From Patiria miniata (lineage: Eukaryota): a DNA stretch of 64,000 nucleotides. Position 1 is the first letter of the stretch. Every line of letters starts with the position of its first letter. Positions 25,063-37,029 of this stretch are shown here, piece after piece. The translations under genes were made by a program, and so were the position numbers. The stretch is taken from the NCBI RefSeq assembly GCF_015706575.1, contig NW_024037073.1, positions 20,022,740 through 20,086,739 of the forward strand, read 5' to 3'. The notes beneath the pieces are model-generated. The model ran no database searches. It saw only the letters and a program-made list of their open reading frames with translations, and was not told the DNA's origin.

Positions 25063-26179
25063 CTGAGGGAAAGAACGAAAGAAGTAATTGATTATTTTGC
25101 TTATCGGAAGAAATGTAAGAAATATTTAGATACCTTTTTCAAATCAGAAATATTGCAGCGACGTAGCTTTCAATGTCATTACAACATCTTCATTCAGCGA
25201 AGTGAATTAAACCACTGCGGTCCTGTGACCACCTTTTATCGTAGTTGACTGGCAAGTCGTATGCCTTTTGTGTCCTGATTTGATTGCTTCGCCTATCTTC
25301 CTTTTCCAGAACTGGTCCTCCCTGGTAATGACTTGGACATTTTCCAAGTTGATGGAGTGTTGGTGATCTTTGATGTGTTCACCAACCGCTGTTAAAGGGA
25401 CTAGCTTCAGGTTGGAATGGAAGGAATGTGGTTTGGGAACGAACGACGAAATGGGTTCTCTTCTTCAGCAGGAATCCCAGCACTTCATGAAAAACAACAT
25501 TCCCTGATAGTTCACTGAGAAATTTCCAAAATTCCATGAGAAATATTTTCACTTTGAATGAGGTTGCTGGGAAGTTAAGAGGTGGTGTGGCACAGCAAAT
25601 TGTTATCCGCTCCGTTCACAAGTACCCCCTCACCGGCACAGAAAGTACAGTTGGGGGTGACCAAACGACGCCATCTTGCCTGACTGCAAGATTTTGCCGC
25701 GAAGCGCGGCCACTGCGTGTACGAAGTACAAATCCCCTGGTGTACGTGCGTCACATACAAGGAACGGTGCACGCATCAACCAGCAAAATGTATGTGTCCC
25801 GCCAATGGGACGTCGTTGCTATGTAAAAGGGCGCCCTCTTTTGTTGGCGCACAGAGCCATTGTCTGGAGATGTGTGTAATATTCACACTGCATAAACACT
25901 AAAAAAACACTACAGCCAGTCAGTTAATGGACACAACTTGGACAAATTGCACAAGACGCATGATGCCAAACTGGCGAAAACCTTCCCCTTCTGGCTCCCA
26001 TTCAAATTCCCCGAGTTTTCCCTGACTGGGAAAATGGAAACTAATTTTCAAGGTTTTCCCTGATTTCCAGAGTGGCTGGGAACCCTGTTCAGAACAGTGC
26101 ACATAAAGCCCTACTGCCTGAGTAAAGAACTTAAGGTATGAGAATCGAGCAACGCTTGAGCTGGCTTAGCGACACCCAC

Positions 26180-26368
26180 CTGCATCTCAGGTCCAGACAC
26201 AGCGATGGCCCGGATGGTGTCCGATCCGATGGAAGTGACCATCTTGTTAAACTTGTCGGTCTCGATCTCCGACATCTCACGGGACTTGCCAATCTCCATC
26301 TCGTTCTGCTCAGTCACATACTTGAGCTCGGCCTCGCGGGCGTGGGTCAGACGATCAAGCTCAGATTC
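26180..26368 (-). CDS. MVP: MVP exon 13 (ESELDRLTHAREAELKYVTEQNEMEIGKSREMSEIETDKFNKMVTSIGSDTIRAIAVSGPEMQ)
   Basis: Six-frame ORF 26111..26317(-); cactccag acceptor and gtgggt donor; aligns to human ..[22 protein letters not shown]. Confidence 0.9.
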
Positions 26369-26620
26369 CTGGAGTGAAAAAAAGAGGATGGAATTAGAAA
26401 ATATTGAGATTAAAGGGGATTAATGCCTTGCGGGCGTGGGTCAGATGCTTCAGGTCAGTTTCCTGGATTACCAAAACCTGAGGGATTAGCAAGAGATTGA
26501 GATTTTAGGAATGAATGCCCAGTTATGTGATCCAGCTCGGCTTTGCGGGCGTGGGTCCGATGCCCCAGCTCAGTTCCATGGATTACCAAAAACAGAGGGA
26601 TTGGCGAGATGGAGATTAAT
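26369..26620. repeat. Three tandem degenerate copies of the MVP exon-13 5' end plus acceptor flank (..cttgcgggcgtgggtc(a/c)gatgc..cag(c/g)tcagtt(t/c)c(c/a)tggattaccaaaa.c.gagggatt.gc(a/g)aga..gagatt..agg..at(t/g)aatgc)
   Basis: Units at about 26330-26410, 26420-26520 and 26530-26630 each carry a copy of GCCTCGCGGGCGTGGGTCAGACG-like exon sequence. Confidence 0.65.
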
Positions 26621-27186
26621 AGGGGATTAATTGCTTAGTGATGTAACTTTGAGCTTAGCATCCTTGGAGTTGGTAAAACACTACTCGGATTCATGGATTA
26701 ACCATCACCATTTGGAGAGTTCCCAGCTAAAGTTTTCCAGGCACATCAATTTGCTAACAATACTTCCTGCTTAGCAACTCAAATAAATTGGGTCCTTAAC
26801 CCTAACCACACCAACCTGTCAAAATCCAACTGCATGCTTTGTTTGATTCTGTTGGAGTGAGGACTGCAGAAAATTGATTATGCTTTACATGGGGTCAGGC
26901 ATAGCACTATAATCAGAGAACAGTTTGGTTGTTGAGTTACCAAATGGTGTTGGATTTTGCAAGAGTGAGGAAGGTTCCTAGTAAATCACTCAAGGGGGTT
27001 AGGGCTAAAGAATCCAATTTTAGGTAGCTGCTAGGCAGAAAATATGGGTATTTACTTGGTAAAAATTTGCTTGATATTTTGGCTGGTACCTGTTTTTTTT
27101 TGCAAGGAATTACTTTCTACGCTTAGCAAACTTTAGAGCTTAGCAACTCCAGGAAAACTGGGATCAGGTACGAATGTGTGACTCAC

Positions 27187-27430
27187 GGCTTCAATCTTAG
27201 CAGCCTCAGCCTTCAGCTTAGCCTGTTCCACAGCCGCTTCACCCTCGATGCGTGCCGCCTCGGCACGGCTCTGGGCCTCAGCCTTGGCCTGCCCGGTGCT
27301 CTCCACCGCCGCGCTGTTGGCCTGCAGCAGGAGCAGCTCCTTGCGTGCCTTCTCCGCCTCGGCCTCGTCCATGATCTTCTGCCTCTCCAGACGGCCCTTG
27401 GCCTCCTGCTCCAGCCGCTCAGCCTCGTGT
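27187..27430 (-). CDS. MVP: MVP exon 12 ((R)[81 protein letters not shown])
   Basis: Six-frame ORF 27133..27372(-); tttgacag acceptor and gtgagt donor; aligns to human [81 protein letters not shown]. Confidence 0.9.
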
Positions 27431-27930
27431 CTGTCAAAGACAATTGGAAGGATTAACCCTCACAATTGAAAAATCCTTCATAATCCTTTGGGAGGTTTGG
27501 AGGATGTTGAAGGATTGAGGAAGATGGAGCCTATCTAAGTACAAAGAGCGAGTTATTGTTCTACTGCGGGATTTGAGGATTTGGGAAGTTCCCATACAAA
27601 ACCACATGGAAAGTTGGACTTCAGGATAAGTTAGACTTTGCAAAGCTCCTGTGCAAAACTCTGTGCATTGATCGTTTGAATATCTGTAATTTTTTATTCA
27701 TTCTGAGACATCAAAGCAATGTTTTGCAAAAGGCCACTGATCTAAAAAACTTTGAAGTCTACGTACTTATGTCAAATACTCTGCACAAATTCTTTAAAAG
27801 TTGGTGCCACCATCAGTCAGATATTCAGCCATTTTTTTTTTTACAAACACCAGTGTCTCCAAAATGAGCTTAGCAATCCAAACAAGAAGTGTTACGAGTT
27901 GAAATGTGTGGAGCAATCCCTGTATTTTAC

Positions 27931-28142
27931 CTGGCTGCAGCTTCCTGGGAGTTGGTGGTGATCTCAATGGCCAGCTGAACCGACTTCTGCAGGGCGTCAC
28001 GAGTCCTCTGGTCCACGGGCTCTGCGGACTGGATATCGATGCTGGTGATGACCAAGTTGTTCTGGGGGAAGTGGAAGCGTTCCTTCACCTTCAGGTTCTC
28101 GTCCAGGCCAAAGACCGAGGCGCGGATGATCTTTGCCGAGTT
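27931..28142 (-). CDS. MVP: MVP exon 11 ([70 protein letters not shown])
   Basis: Six-frame ORF 27927..28160(-); ttgcgcag acceptor and gtaaaa donor; aligns to human [48 protein letters not shown]. Confidence 0.9.
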
Positions 28143-28940
28143 CTGCGCAAAAGAATGCAAGGAAAAGCAACCGACTTTAGCTCTTTTTCTTCAGTCTTGA
28201 TGATTTAGTTGTCACAGATAATTACAGCTGTCTGACATGAAGCAATGTCATTGTGCTGCTAAGCACAAAAGTTTGCTCATCACAGAAAAATATTTACTGG
28301 TCCAAAAGAATGGCTACCAGCCAATATTTCATGCAAATATAATGACTGTGATTGGACCTCAGCTGATTTTTTGGTAAGCATATATGCATTTATTAGACAA
28401 TTTGCTTAGAAGCTCTATAAAATTGGTGCCTGGTATGATTTATGTTGGGTTTTTTTGTTTAACAATCCAGAATGAGTCTTAAAGAGAAACTGTATGAAAT
28501 TTCGGCTGTTTTTTTTTTTTTAAGTAACAATTTGTTGAGAGGAGGGCTGTTATCCAATTCGTAAAAAAATCACCCCGGTAAATAACTTGCCTTAATGAAA
28601 GTTGTCATGAAAAGAAAAAAAAAACACAGAGGAGTTCAGGAACTCTGTTGTTTTTGTCTAAGGGTAAGAACCTTGAACCATTCCAAAATACCTGGGCTAG
28701 TCCATTTAATAGTCTTTTTGAAGTATGGTGGACACAATAGGATGCTGCTATTTGGAATAGGTATAAACTCGTTTGTAGTTCAATAGCACCCTACTATTGT
28801 GTCCGCCATACACACAAGTTTGCTTTACACACGTGACTATGATAAGCCAAAAAACCTATTCAAATCAAACCATGTCCCTCCATGTTAACTTTTTTTATTA
28901 ATATATCAGTGAAGCAGAAAGGTTTTATTCCCCCCTTTAC

Positions 28941-29085
28941 CTTGTGGAAATCATCAAAGGCAACTCCGGCTACAGCCCCTCGGATGCGGGAAGCGATGGC
29001 CTTGCAGGCATCGCCGATGAAGTCAGGAACGCTGAAGAGCTTGGCGGCCTCGGCTGCGGTGCTGTTCTTGTTGACGTCCAGATGC
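28941..29085 (-). CDS. MVP: MVP exon 10 ((W)[48 protein letters not shown])
   Basis: tctag acceptor and gtaaag donor; aligns to human [48 protein letters not shown]. Confidence 0.9.
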
Positions 29086-29994
29086 CTAGACAGAAATTAT
29101 GAATGATTCATCACTAACCTCTGACCTCCAGATTAAATATCGTAAGAGGATGAGTAGAACTGTTGAGTTTATAATATAGTCTCTTTGCTAAAATGTCGGC
29201 ATCAGACCAGCTAGGACATACTTATAAAAGACCTGAAACTTAACATTAACCCTAACTCCCTAGCATGATTTACTAGGAACCATACCCATCCTGGCAATTT
29301 CCAACACCATATGGGAAACTGCACATACATATTTCTGACTTTGATTCTGGAGGTGTGCCAACCCAATGTAAAAGACTGTCAGTTTAGGGGTACTGTACCC
29401 ATCCCGACAGATTCCAACAAAACATGCCGTTGGGGTTTGATGGGTTGAGTTCTGTTAGGGTTAAGGAAGCTTGTGGTAAGGTAAATTGCTTAAGGACACT
29501 AAAAGTCTGAATAATCACTATATTGAACATTATCAAACCGTCCACACGAGTAACCTGTCTGTAAGCTACAATGTAGTCCTGTGTAAACAAAATAAGATCG
29601 CTGCCACCAATTACAACCTACCAAACTCTCTAAAATACGAGTATACAAACTAAGATGTGCACCAAAACGTTACTTTTGACCACAAAGATATTTCTCGGTT
29701 GGCCGCAAAGATATATCTGATTTGGTACAACACTCAACCCATGTTGCCCACATTCCAAAATTTGAGATAAGCATGCATTTGTAAATACCCAATTGGTCAA
29801 AGGCACACCGAGTACATATGCACAACCTCTGCATGAGCATTTTACCACATACACATATTGTCTCTGATGCAGATAACATTGATACCTTTGACCTTAAAGA
29901 TATTTCTCATGGCCTCCTGTTAAAACGCCTTAAGGACTACTTAGGAGAAGAACCAACCAAGAACCAAGATAAAAACCACAAATTGACAACCTAC

Positions 29995-30192
29995 CAGTTG
30001 TATGAGAGCTGCAGTTGCAGTCGGGCGTGATCGGAGGTCTCGATGGTGATGATATCCGTGCAGAAGTCCGGGCCCAGGAGAAGGCACAGGGACTTGATGA
30101 CGTTGGGGCGTTTGGGTTTGCCTCCAGACAGACTCAGCTGGGTGAACTGCTCATCAGGGCCCAGCATGACCAGCTCGGGACCAAAGACGACC
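29995..30192 (-). CDS. MVP: MVP exon 9 ((R)[65 protein letters not shown])
   Basis: cttgcag acceptor and gtaggt donor; aligns to human [67 protein letters not shown]. Confidence 0.9.
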
Positions 30193-30628
30193 CTGCAAGA
30201 AATGTCAAAGGTTATTCCTAATTTTGTTCAGTGAAGCTAGCCTTTAAACTGTATAAAACCCTAAAAGGTTGCATTCCTTTCATTTTTTTCACGTATACAG
30301 TAAAAAAACATGTATGCTTGCCAAACAATTCTACACTCAAATCGTCAGTTTCCAAATATCGGGCATGTTTTAACTTCTCTTCAAAACGCATTTTTAATAA
30401 CTATATATGCACTGTAATCTTAACAACTGTTATCCCCATGGTAGATAGAGTAGACCTAGACCTACCTAAGCACCAAAGATGACATCCAGAAAAATGTGTT
30501 ATGTATGATAAACAAGACGTACAAAATCAGTTACTCACGTTATGAAAATGTAACGTGGGTAACCGTGGAATTGCCCTGTTGCTGATAATGGTCACAAAAC
30601 TGATCAATCGCAATTCCACCCTCCTTAC

Positions 30629-30870
30629 CTAGCTTTCTTCTCCTTGTAGTCGTAGATCTGCACCGCTGCATTGTGGGGCACTCGGAACGTCACCACCCGC
30701 GTCTTCTCCCGAGGTTTGTCCTTCTGACTGCCTGAGCCGCCGCGCTCGCCCCGGTCCGCCAGGGGGTCCTTCATGCTGATCAAGAGGGTCTCCACGGCTG
30801 GAGGCAGCTCCTTCTGCCAAAGCTCCTCATCTTGGCTCAGCATGTAGGTCACGCCGGTGATGGCACGCAC
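30629..30870 (-). CDS. MVP: MVP exon 8 ([80 protein letters not shown])
   Basis: Six-frame ORF 30625..30870(-); ccccccag acceptor and gtaagg donor; aligns to human [66 protein letters not shown]. Confidence 0.9.
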
Positions 30871-31333
30871 CTGGGGGGAAAAGCGACAGCAACAATTTCA
30901 ACATATCTTCTGAATGGAGCAGTGTTGTAGTCAAGACCTCCCATCTAGACTGAAACCAAGGCATTCGAGACCTGACCAAGACCAAGACCGAGACCAGACT
31001 TCATGGGTCTCGACAGTAAAACTCGGGTCTCGAGAGTAAAATCCGAGACCTTGCGATCAGAGACCGAGTCCGAGACCAGAGCTTTCGAGATCGAAACTCT
31101 GATAGGACGAGACTGAGACCGCAAAAAAAGGTCTAGGACAGTCTCGACACCGAGACTAAGTCTCGAGACCTACAACATTGGAATGAAGTGAGTTGTTAGT
31201 TCCTGAAATTTGTTGAAATATTGTTTATCGTGGAAACATCTGGAGTCTATTTAACAGAGCTGTTAAGCACAAAGGTTTGCTGAGCACGAAGCCCATAACA
31301 ATGCAGGTTGCTTTTCATTTCTTAGACCCGTAC

Positions 31334-31483
31334 CTTTCCTGTCTTGGTATCTCTGACGTAGATACCCTCGTTCTCATCCAGAGGGATGGCCTTGCGACGG
31401 TCCACCACCTCCACCTCCACGGGAGGGACGTACTCCTTGGGACCACGGATCATCCACTTGTCACCTGGCTGGCGATCCACATC
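31334..31483 (-). CDS. MVP: MVP exon 7 ([50 protein letters not shown])
   Basis: gttcag acceptor and gtacgg donor; aligns to human [47 protein letters not shown]. Confidence 0.9.
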
Positions 31484-31544
31484 CTGAACACAGGATAAAA
31501 AGAAAACATGACTGACTTTTGATTTTTCTGATCATCAAATTAAA

Positions 31545-31935
31545 TGCTGTCACTGGCATTTATCTGCGGTTTCCTTGGCATGGAACAACTAAGATGTTTC
31601 TATTCCCCCGGATGGGATACCAGTCCATCACAGGTTACTCCCCACCTAATACCAGGACCCATTTATACTCCTGGGTTGGAGAGAAGCAAGTGGAGATAAA
31701 GTGGCTTGCCCAAGGACATATTATATAACCAGCAGCTGGAATTGAACCTCTGACCCTCTGATCAGGAGTCACGAACCCTAACCACTACGCCACACTCCCC
31801 ACAGTGCTCCTGGGTGGAGAGAGGCAAGTGGGGGTGATGTGACTTGCCCAAGGACACAACATATGACCAGCAACTGGATTCGAACCCCTGACCCTCTTAT
31901 CACGCGTCACGAACCCTAAACACTAGGCCACACTC
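31545..31935 (-). mobile_element. Two adjacent tRNA-derived Deu-type SINE copies, one nearly full (31545-31802) and one truncated (31803-31935), in MVP intron 6
   Basis: tRNA-like head GGGGAGTGTGGC(C/G)TAGTGGTTAGGGTTCGTGAC on the minus strand, B-box, then the conserved CCAGGAGTATAAATGGGT..GATGGACTGGTATCCCATCCGGGGG core. Confidence 0.75.
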
Positions 31936-32111
31936 CCCCATTGCTTAAACACATCAAAAACTTTTCCACATCTGAATCAGCATGCAGGTTATAACTATAG
32001 TGAAACCATAGAGCAGTTTTTGTGGCCTGTCCTTTTTATTCCTGCTATCCTTCTTTACCACACATCAACTTTGTCACAAATACTTATACCAAAACTGTCT
32101 TAGAAACTTAC

Positions 32112-32237
32112 AGCGTCTGTGTCCTTGAAGGCCTCCTGGGACCTGAGCATGAGTCCCTCGTCCTCTCCCAGGACAAAGATACCTTGGATGCCCTTCTCAA
32201 GATGCTCACCGGGACGCAGGAAGAAAGACTTCTCACC
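32112..32237 (-). CDS. MVP: MVP exon 6 (GEKSFFLRPGEHLEKGIQGIFVLGEDEGLMLRSQEAFKDTDA)
   Basis: cttatag acceptor and gtaagt donor; aligns to human [42 protein letters not shown]. Confidence 0.85.
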
Positions 32238-32746
32238 CTATAAGACATCAAGGAGAGAAGAACAGGAGGACTTCAGAGTTTCTTGCTCAACTTTAGCTGG
32301 TTTAACCAATTTCAAAATTCCCGGAGATCAAAGTGTTATTAAGGAAAAGGGGTTTATGGTGTTAAATGCACAACATTTTGTTGTTGCCAAGAATTGAAGC
32401 ATAGATATGGTGCATTAAACTTAATAGAATATGGGCCATTAGGTAATCTAACAATTCCAATGTACTAACATATAACTACTGTGATACTTAACATAATTAC
32501 ATTGTTGTGTAGGGGAAGGTTATATGTTTGTTGGGGGGGGGGAGTGGTGGTATGTTTTGGGATTCTTTCTCTTTCTTTCAATTTCTCACATAAAGCATTA
32601 CAGAATTGCTTTGCACCAATCAACTTGGGTCTTCACAGTTGAAAACCAAATTCAAGTGATAACATTTCTCAAGGTTTTCAAGCTAAATCACAGGCTACAC
32701 TCAAAAGGCGGGCAAGAAAGTCGTTCCGATATAACTTTGTACCTAC

Positions 32747-32857
32747 CTTGACTAGTTTCTTCTGGCCCAGCTGTGGCTTGCCGTCCTCACCTACAGGATC
32801 CAGGATCACACAATACTGCCGGTTGGTCAGAGTGGTGATGGCTACGACTCCAACAAC
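32747..32857 (-). CDS. MVP: MVP exon 5 ([37 protein letters not shown])
   Basis: tttgtag acceptor and gtaggt donor; aligns to human [37 protein letters not shown]. Confidence 0.9.
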
Positions 32858-33776
32858 CTACAAAGTGCCAAGCGAACAGTAAACAGTCACAAAATGAAAA
32901 CAGAGTACCAATGCATTACCTAATAAACCCCCAAGGTGTTTCGATCTGTTTTCAAATAATCTTTGTAAATCTGCCAAAATCCAACACTGAGATGGTTGGC
33001 TTCATCATTTTTGCCAGTAATTTGAGGTCTACAAGGAAAGTAAACACACGTTTGGTGCTGATTAACCCTTCTTTTTGCTTGATCAGTTACAGACAGACAA
33101 CAATTAAATCCTGTTCCCCTGCCATATGCCAGGCATGCAACATGGAACTAACAAAAAATGAGGAAATACCAATCTTTACAGGACTTTGTACAGTGTTTTT
33201 TAATTTTAAATGGCAAAAGTCTGAAGGGAAAAACGAGGAAATCAGCTGATCCAAGGAAAAGTTGCATGCCTGATATATCTTTTACACAGGCTAGTCCCCA
33301 TCAGTCAGATCATATTTCCTGTACGCAAGAGGTGCTGGTATTATTTTTGAATGATTATCATAATCTAAAAATCTCACTATATGTAAGGTTTTCTTTTCCT
33401 GCATTTAATTCGGGCGATTCACAATGCAGTGCGCGCCACCAAGAGTTTGCCACGAAGAGCTCATTTTTCCCAGTGCATTGTTGGAGATGGTCGACAAATT
33501 CGCAGCGCGGGACATTTGAAATTGTTCGTTTTTCCAGTCAGTTGTTTCGTAAGCGTATGATTCGAGTATTTGTTTGCCCTTTTCTTTTCTTTGTATCAAT
33601 ATGGTGTTTTTTGTAAGGCGGCAAAAGGCAAGCCCCAATCTATAACAAATTAGCTCAAGTTGTCTACTGACACTCATTCAAATGGGCCATGTTTTGTTGA
33701 TCAAACTTGAAATATGGACTCTCCATGACAAACTCTTGGTGGCACACTGCCTTGTGAGTTGCCAGAATGAACCTAC

Positions 33777-33902
33777 CTCCTCGTAGACCTGAGGAATGTG
33801 GGCTTCAGTGTCCTCCATGGTGATCAGCCATTCCTCTCCGTTCTTCCTGACCACGCCATGGTCGTCCTTGAAGGTACGGGTTGCAGTGACGTGGAGTGCT
33901 TT
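33777..33902 (-). CDS. MVP: MVP exon 4 (KALHVTATRTFKDDHGVVRKNGEEWLITMEDTEAHIPQVYEE)
   Basis: Six-frame ORF 33678..33923(-); catgcag acceptor and gtaggt donor; aligns to human [43 protein letters not shown]. Confidence 0.9.
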
Positions 33903-34019
33903 CTGCATGAAGAAAATTACCAAAAAATGTTCATCAATTTGTGGGTGATAGTTATTAACCCTAACCTTCCCAAATCATCCAAAATTCTCTTCGCAAAATG
34001 GGGTATTTCGCAGGATTGA

Positions 34020-34345
34020 GGCTATATGGCAAAAATGTGTGTCTGATTTTGGAGGATGCGCTGTCAAGATCTTATTAGGCCGGATCTTGTGTTATTTATG
34101 CTCAGTGGTGCATAACTTTAAGCCTAGATTATACTTGAAATCCTCCGCACTGCTCCAGGATGTCACTGGCTGTGCCTCAACATATTGCAAGTGATTGCTG
34201 GAGGATTTTGCAAGATCGAGGCAGTGGTCGTCCTCCAAGGACCACACTCAAAAAATAACGGATGAAGTTGGAAGATTGAGACTGCATGCAAGTTTTACAT
34301 GGAGGCAATTGGAGGATTGTGCAGGATTGAGGCTGCATCCTAGCA
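34020..34345. repeat. Copy of the dispersed ggattttgcaggattgagg repeat family, in MVP intron 3
   Basis: Homologous to 60995-61200, 20215-20425 and 4130-4440. The break in homology of the MVP partial duplicate falls inside this element. Confidence 0.75.
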
Positions 34346-34420
34346 AAAAATGCCTGGGGAATTAGGGTTAAGTGATGGGTGACTTTCATACAAAAGGGCA
34401 GAATGCCGTAGATGATGTAC

Positions 34421-34774
34421 CTTGTCTGTCAGCACGTAGGCATTCACCACGCCCACCACCTCCTCGTAGGCCCCCGGCAGGTAAGCGCCAACCTTTTTGA
34501 CCAGCCACTCTTCCCCGGTCACTCTGGCATCCCCCTGTCGGTCCAGTGTCTCCTTCCTTGCCCGCAGCTTGATGGCCTGGTTGGCCTTGATGATGGTCGC
34601 CCGGACCGTCTCGTCCACGACGACTTCCTTGCGGGGGATGTAGGTGCCCGGACCTTCAAAGAGCCACTCGTCGCCGGCCACGCGCTTGGTCTTGGCCACG
34701 GCGTCGTCGAAGTCTAGGATAGCGCGGAGTCGGAGGGCCGAGTTGGCTGGGACTACCTTGAGTGCAGTCACAGG
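34421..34774 (-). CDS. MVP: MVP exon 3 ([118 protein letters not shown])
   Basis: Six-frame ORF 34340..34978(-); tgtttcag acceptor and gtacat donor; aligns to human ..[85 protein letters not shown].. Confidence 0.9.
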
Positions 34775-35480
34775 CTGAAACACAATGGGGAAAAATCTAT
34801 GATACAACAACTGAGTAAACCAGTTGGGAGTCTTATCCACTTCAGGATAAATACATATGGTAATCACATACAAGTCAACAGCCCATTCGATTACTGCCCC
34901 CGCACTTACTCGTGCAAGTGCCACTGCGTTCAAATTAATCCTCACGTGACTTCTCACGCTTACGCGAGCCTGGCCCAAGTAACCGACCCGCTGAGCCCGT
35001 TACTCGGTTAAATGTCCCACGTGTAAGTCTAACGCTGCGGCGGGGAGAATTCAAAAGTGTTTCAGGTTCACTTGACTTCACACTTGTACAAGACGACGGG
35101 ATGAAAGTCAAGTTTTAAAATTTAAACATAGAGCAAGGATATACATGGGATTTCTTGTTCACTTTGGAAGAGCAGTACAGTGGTGGCCACCACGGCTCGC
35201 TTTCGACGGCTCGAATCCACTATGCAAAGAGGATTTAATCGCCGCAAGACCTCTTGACTCGGTTCGGTTGCTCTGGCTCGACCTGGAGTAACCCGCGATG
35301 ATTCGTTTATTGCTACAGATTGCACATGTGCATCTATACCCAACACGAAATTAAGGGTAAGCTTGAGGGAAGTAATCAAATGCGCTGTCTGTGTCTGTAC
35401 AGCCCTACTGCTTTAAGACCAATAAATAAAAGTAACCAACAAACGTCGAGAGAAACAAATAACAAAACACAGCAAATTAC

Positions 35481-35676
35481 CAGTTTCAGGATTTCTCCCG
35501 GGTAGAGAGGGAATGGTTCTTGAGTCAGACGGATCTCCTGGTCGGCGTGGTTCAGCTTGATCTGTCCGCTCTGGTCCTCAATCACCGAGCCGTCCTCGTT
35601 GCGCTGGACAGGGTTCTCAATGATGCAGTAGTGACGAGGGGGGACCATGGCCATCTTCTCGGGACCGAAGATGACC
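35481..35676 (-). CDS. MVP: MVP exon 2 ((R)[65 protein letters not shown])
   Basis: Six-frame ORF 35376..35654(-); ctttttag acceptor and gtaatt donor; aligns to human [65 protein letters not shown]. Confidence 0.9.
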
Positions 35677-35924
35677 CTAAAAAGGGGGAAAAGGAAAGGA
35701 CGGAGATCTTGAGGCTCAGAAATATATTTTTTGTATCAAACGTCTAATGCGAAATATTTAGGATTGACTGTGCCTTAAAGCTGAGATCTGAGTATGGTCA
35801 CATTCGCACGGCCATGTTGATGAAATTCAATCCCGTGCCAACATTGCTCCATGATCTTGGAAAGCTCAAGCCATGTGAGGGGGTAGTGTCTCGTTATTTT
35901 GGAAACCTGAAGGGATGGTAAACT

Positions 35925-36183
35925 AAAGAGAAGGTAACCTGAAGGGAAGGTAGCCTAAAGGGAAGGTAGCCTGAAGGGAAGGTAACCTGAAGGGAAGGTA
36001 ACCTGAAGAGAAGGTAACCTGAAGAGAAGGTAACCTGAAGGGAAGGTAACCTGAAGAGAAGGTAACCTGAAGAGAAGGTAACCTGAAGAGAAGGTAACCT
36101 GAAGAGAAGGTAACCTGAAGAGAAGGTAACCTGAAGAGAAGGTAACCTGAAGAGAAGGTAACCTGAAGGGAAGGTAACCTTGT
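35925..36183. repeat. 16-bp minisatellite (gaagggaaggtaacct / gaagagaaggtaacct) of about 16 copies in MVP intron 1, immediately 3' of the exon-1 donor
   Basis: Direct reading; the homologous position of the second MVP copy (about 63460-63520) carries a single unit only. Confidence 0.9.
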
Positions 36184-36207
36184 TCAAGATTTGATGATGT
36201 GTCTTAC

Positions 36208-36383
36208 CTTTCATGGTCCTGCCTGATGAATGTGCGGGGCCCAGTCTCCACAGTGGTGACATTTGTGTTGTGGTTGAGCACGTGGATGTAGTAGTAGGGT
36301 GGGATCCTGTAGATGGACTCCTCCGAACCACTCCCGCCCGCAAAGCCGAAAGGGGCACCGCCACGCTTTCCCTTTTCTGTCAT
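36208..36383 (-). CDS. MVP: MVP first coding exon ([58 protein letters not shown])
   Basis: ATG at 36383; gtaaga donor; aligns to the human N-terminus [37 protein letters not shown]. Summed over all 14 exons the CDS is 2595 nt, giving 864 aa (human MVP is 893 aa). Confidence 0.9.
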
Positions 36384-37029
36384 TTTGATTGTTTATTCTG
36401 TAATTAAACATATTAGAATATTACAATTAAGATTTATTTCTGGAAATATTGCACAGGACACATGTATCACTGATTAGTCCCTGTGGTACCAAGTGCATGT
36501 ACAGAAATCTGTAGAGAGAAGATAATTCCAAAATCCTCCAAAATCCTCTTTGCATAAAGTGGAAGATTTCGAAGGATTGAGCCTGTACGGCAAACCTGTG
36601 TCAGTTGATTTTGGAGGATGCATTGTGTTAAGCCAATTGTAAAGATCAAAGTTCATTTTTAATAAAGTAATTACAACCTTAAGCTTCAACACATCACACA
36701 TTCCAGGCAACCCGCCTTGTTTATCCAAGTAAGGTTTTGGTTGGATATTAAAATGTCACAGATTAGTTTCCAGTGTTGACACCTGACGCTCCCTTCTTCT
36801 GAAATCTCTCCAATAACACACTACAATGCTTTTTAAATTATAAAAAAAAGATTTCAATATCCTCGACTTAAAGGCAGAGTACATCATTTGCAGCGTTCCA
36901 AAAAGTAACTGACAAAGTTATTGCTGAAAAGCATACTTGGTTTAAAGATGGTAATGGCACTAAACTCCCTGTGAAATTATTCTTTCCGCCATGCTGTCAT
37001 GAAGAAAACAAAAAGAGAAGGCAATTTCC

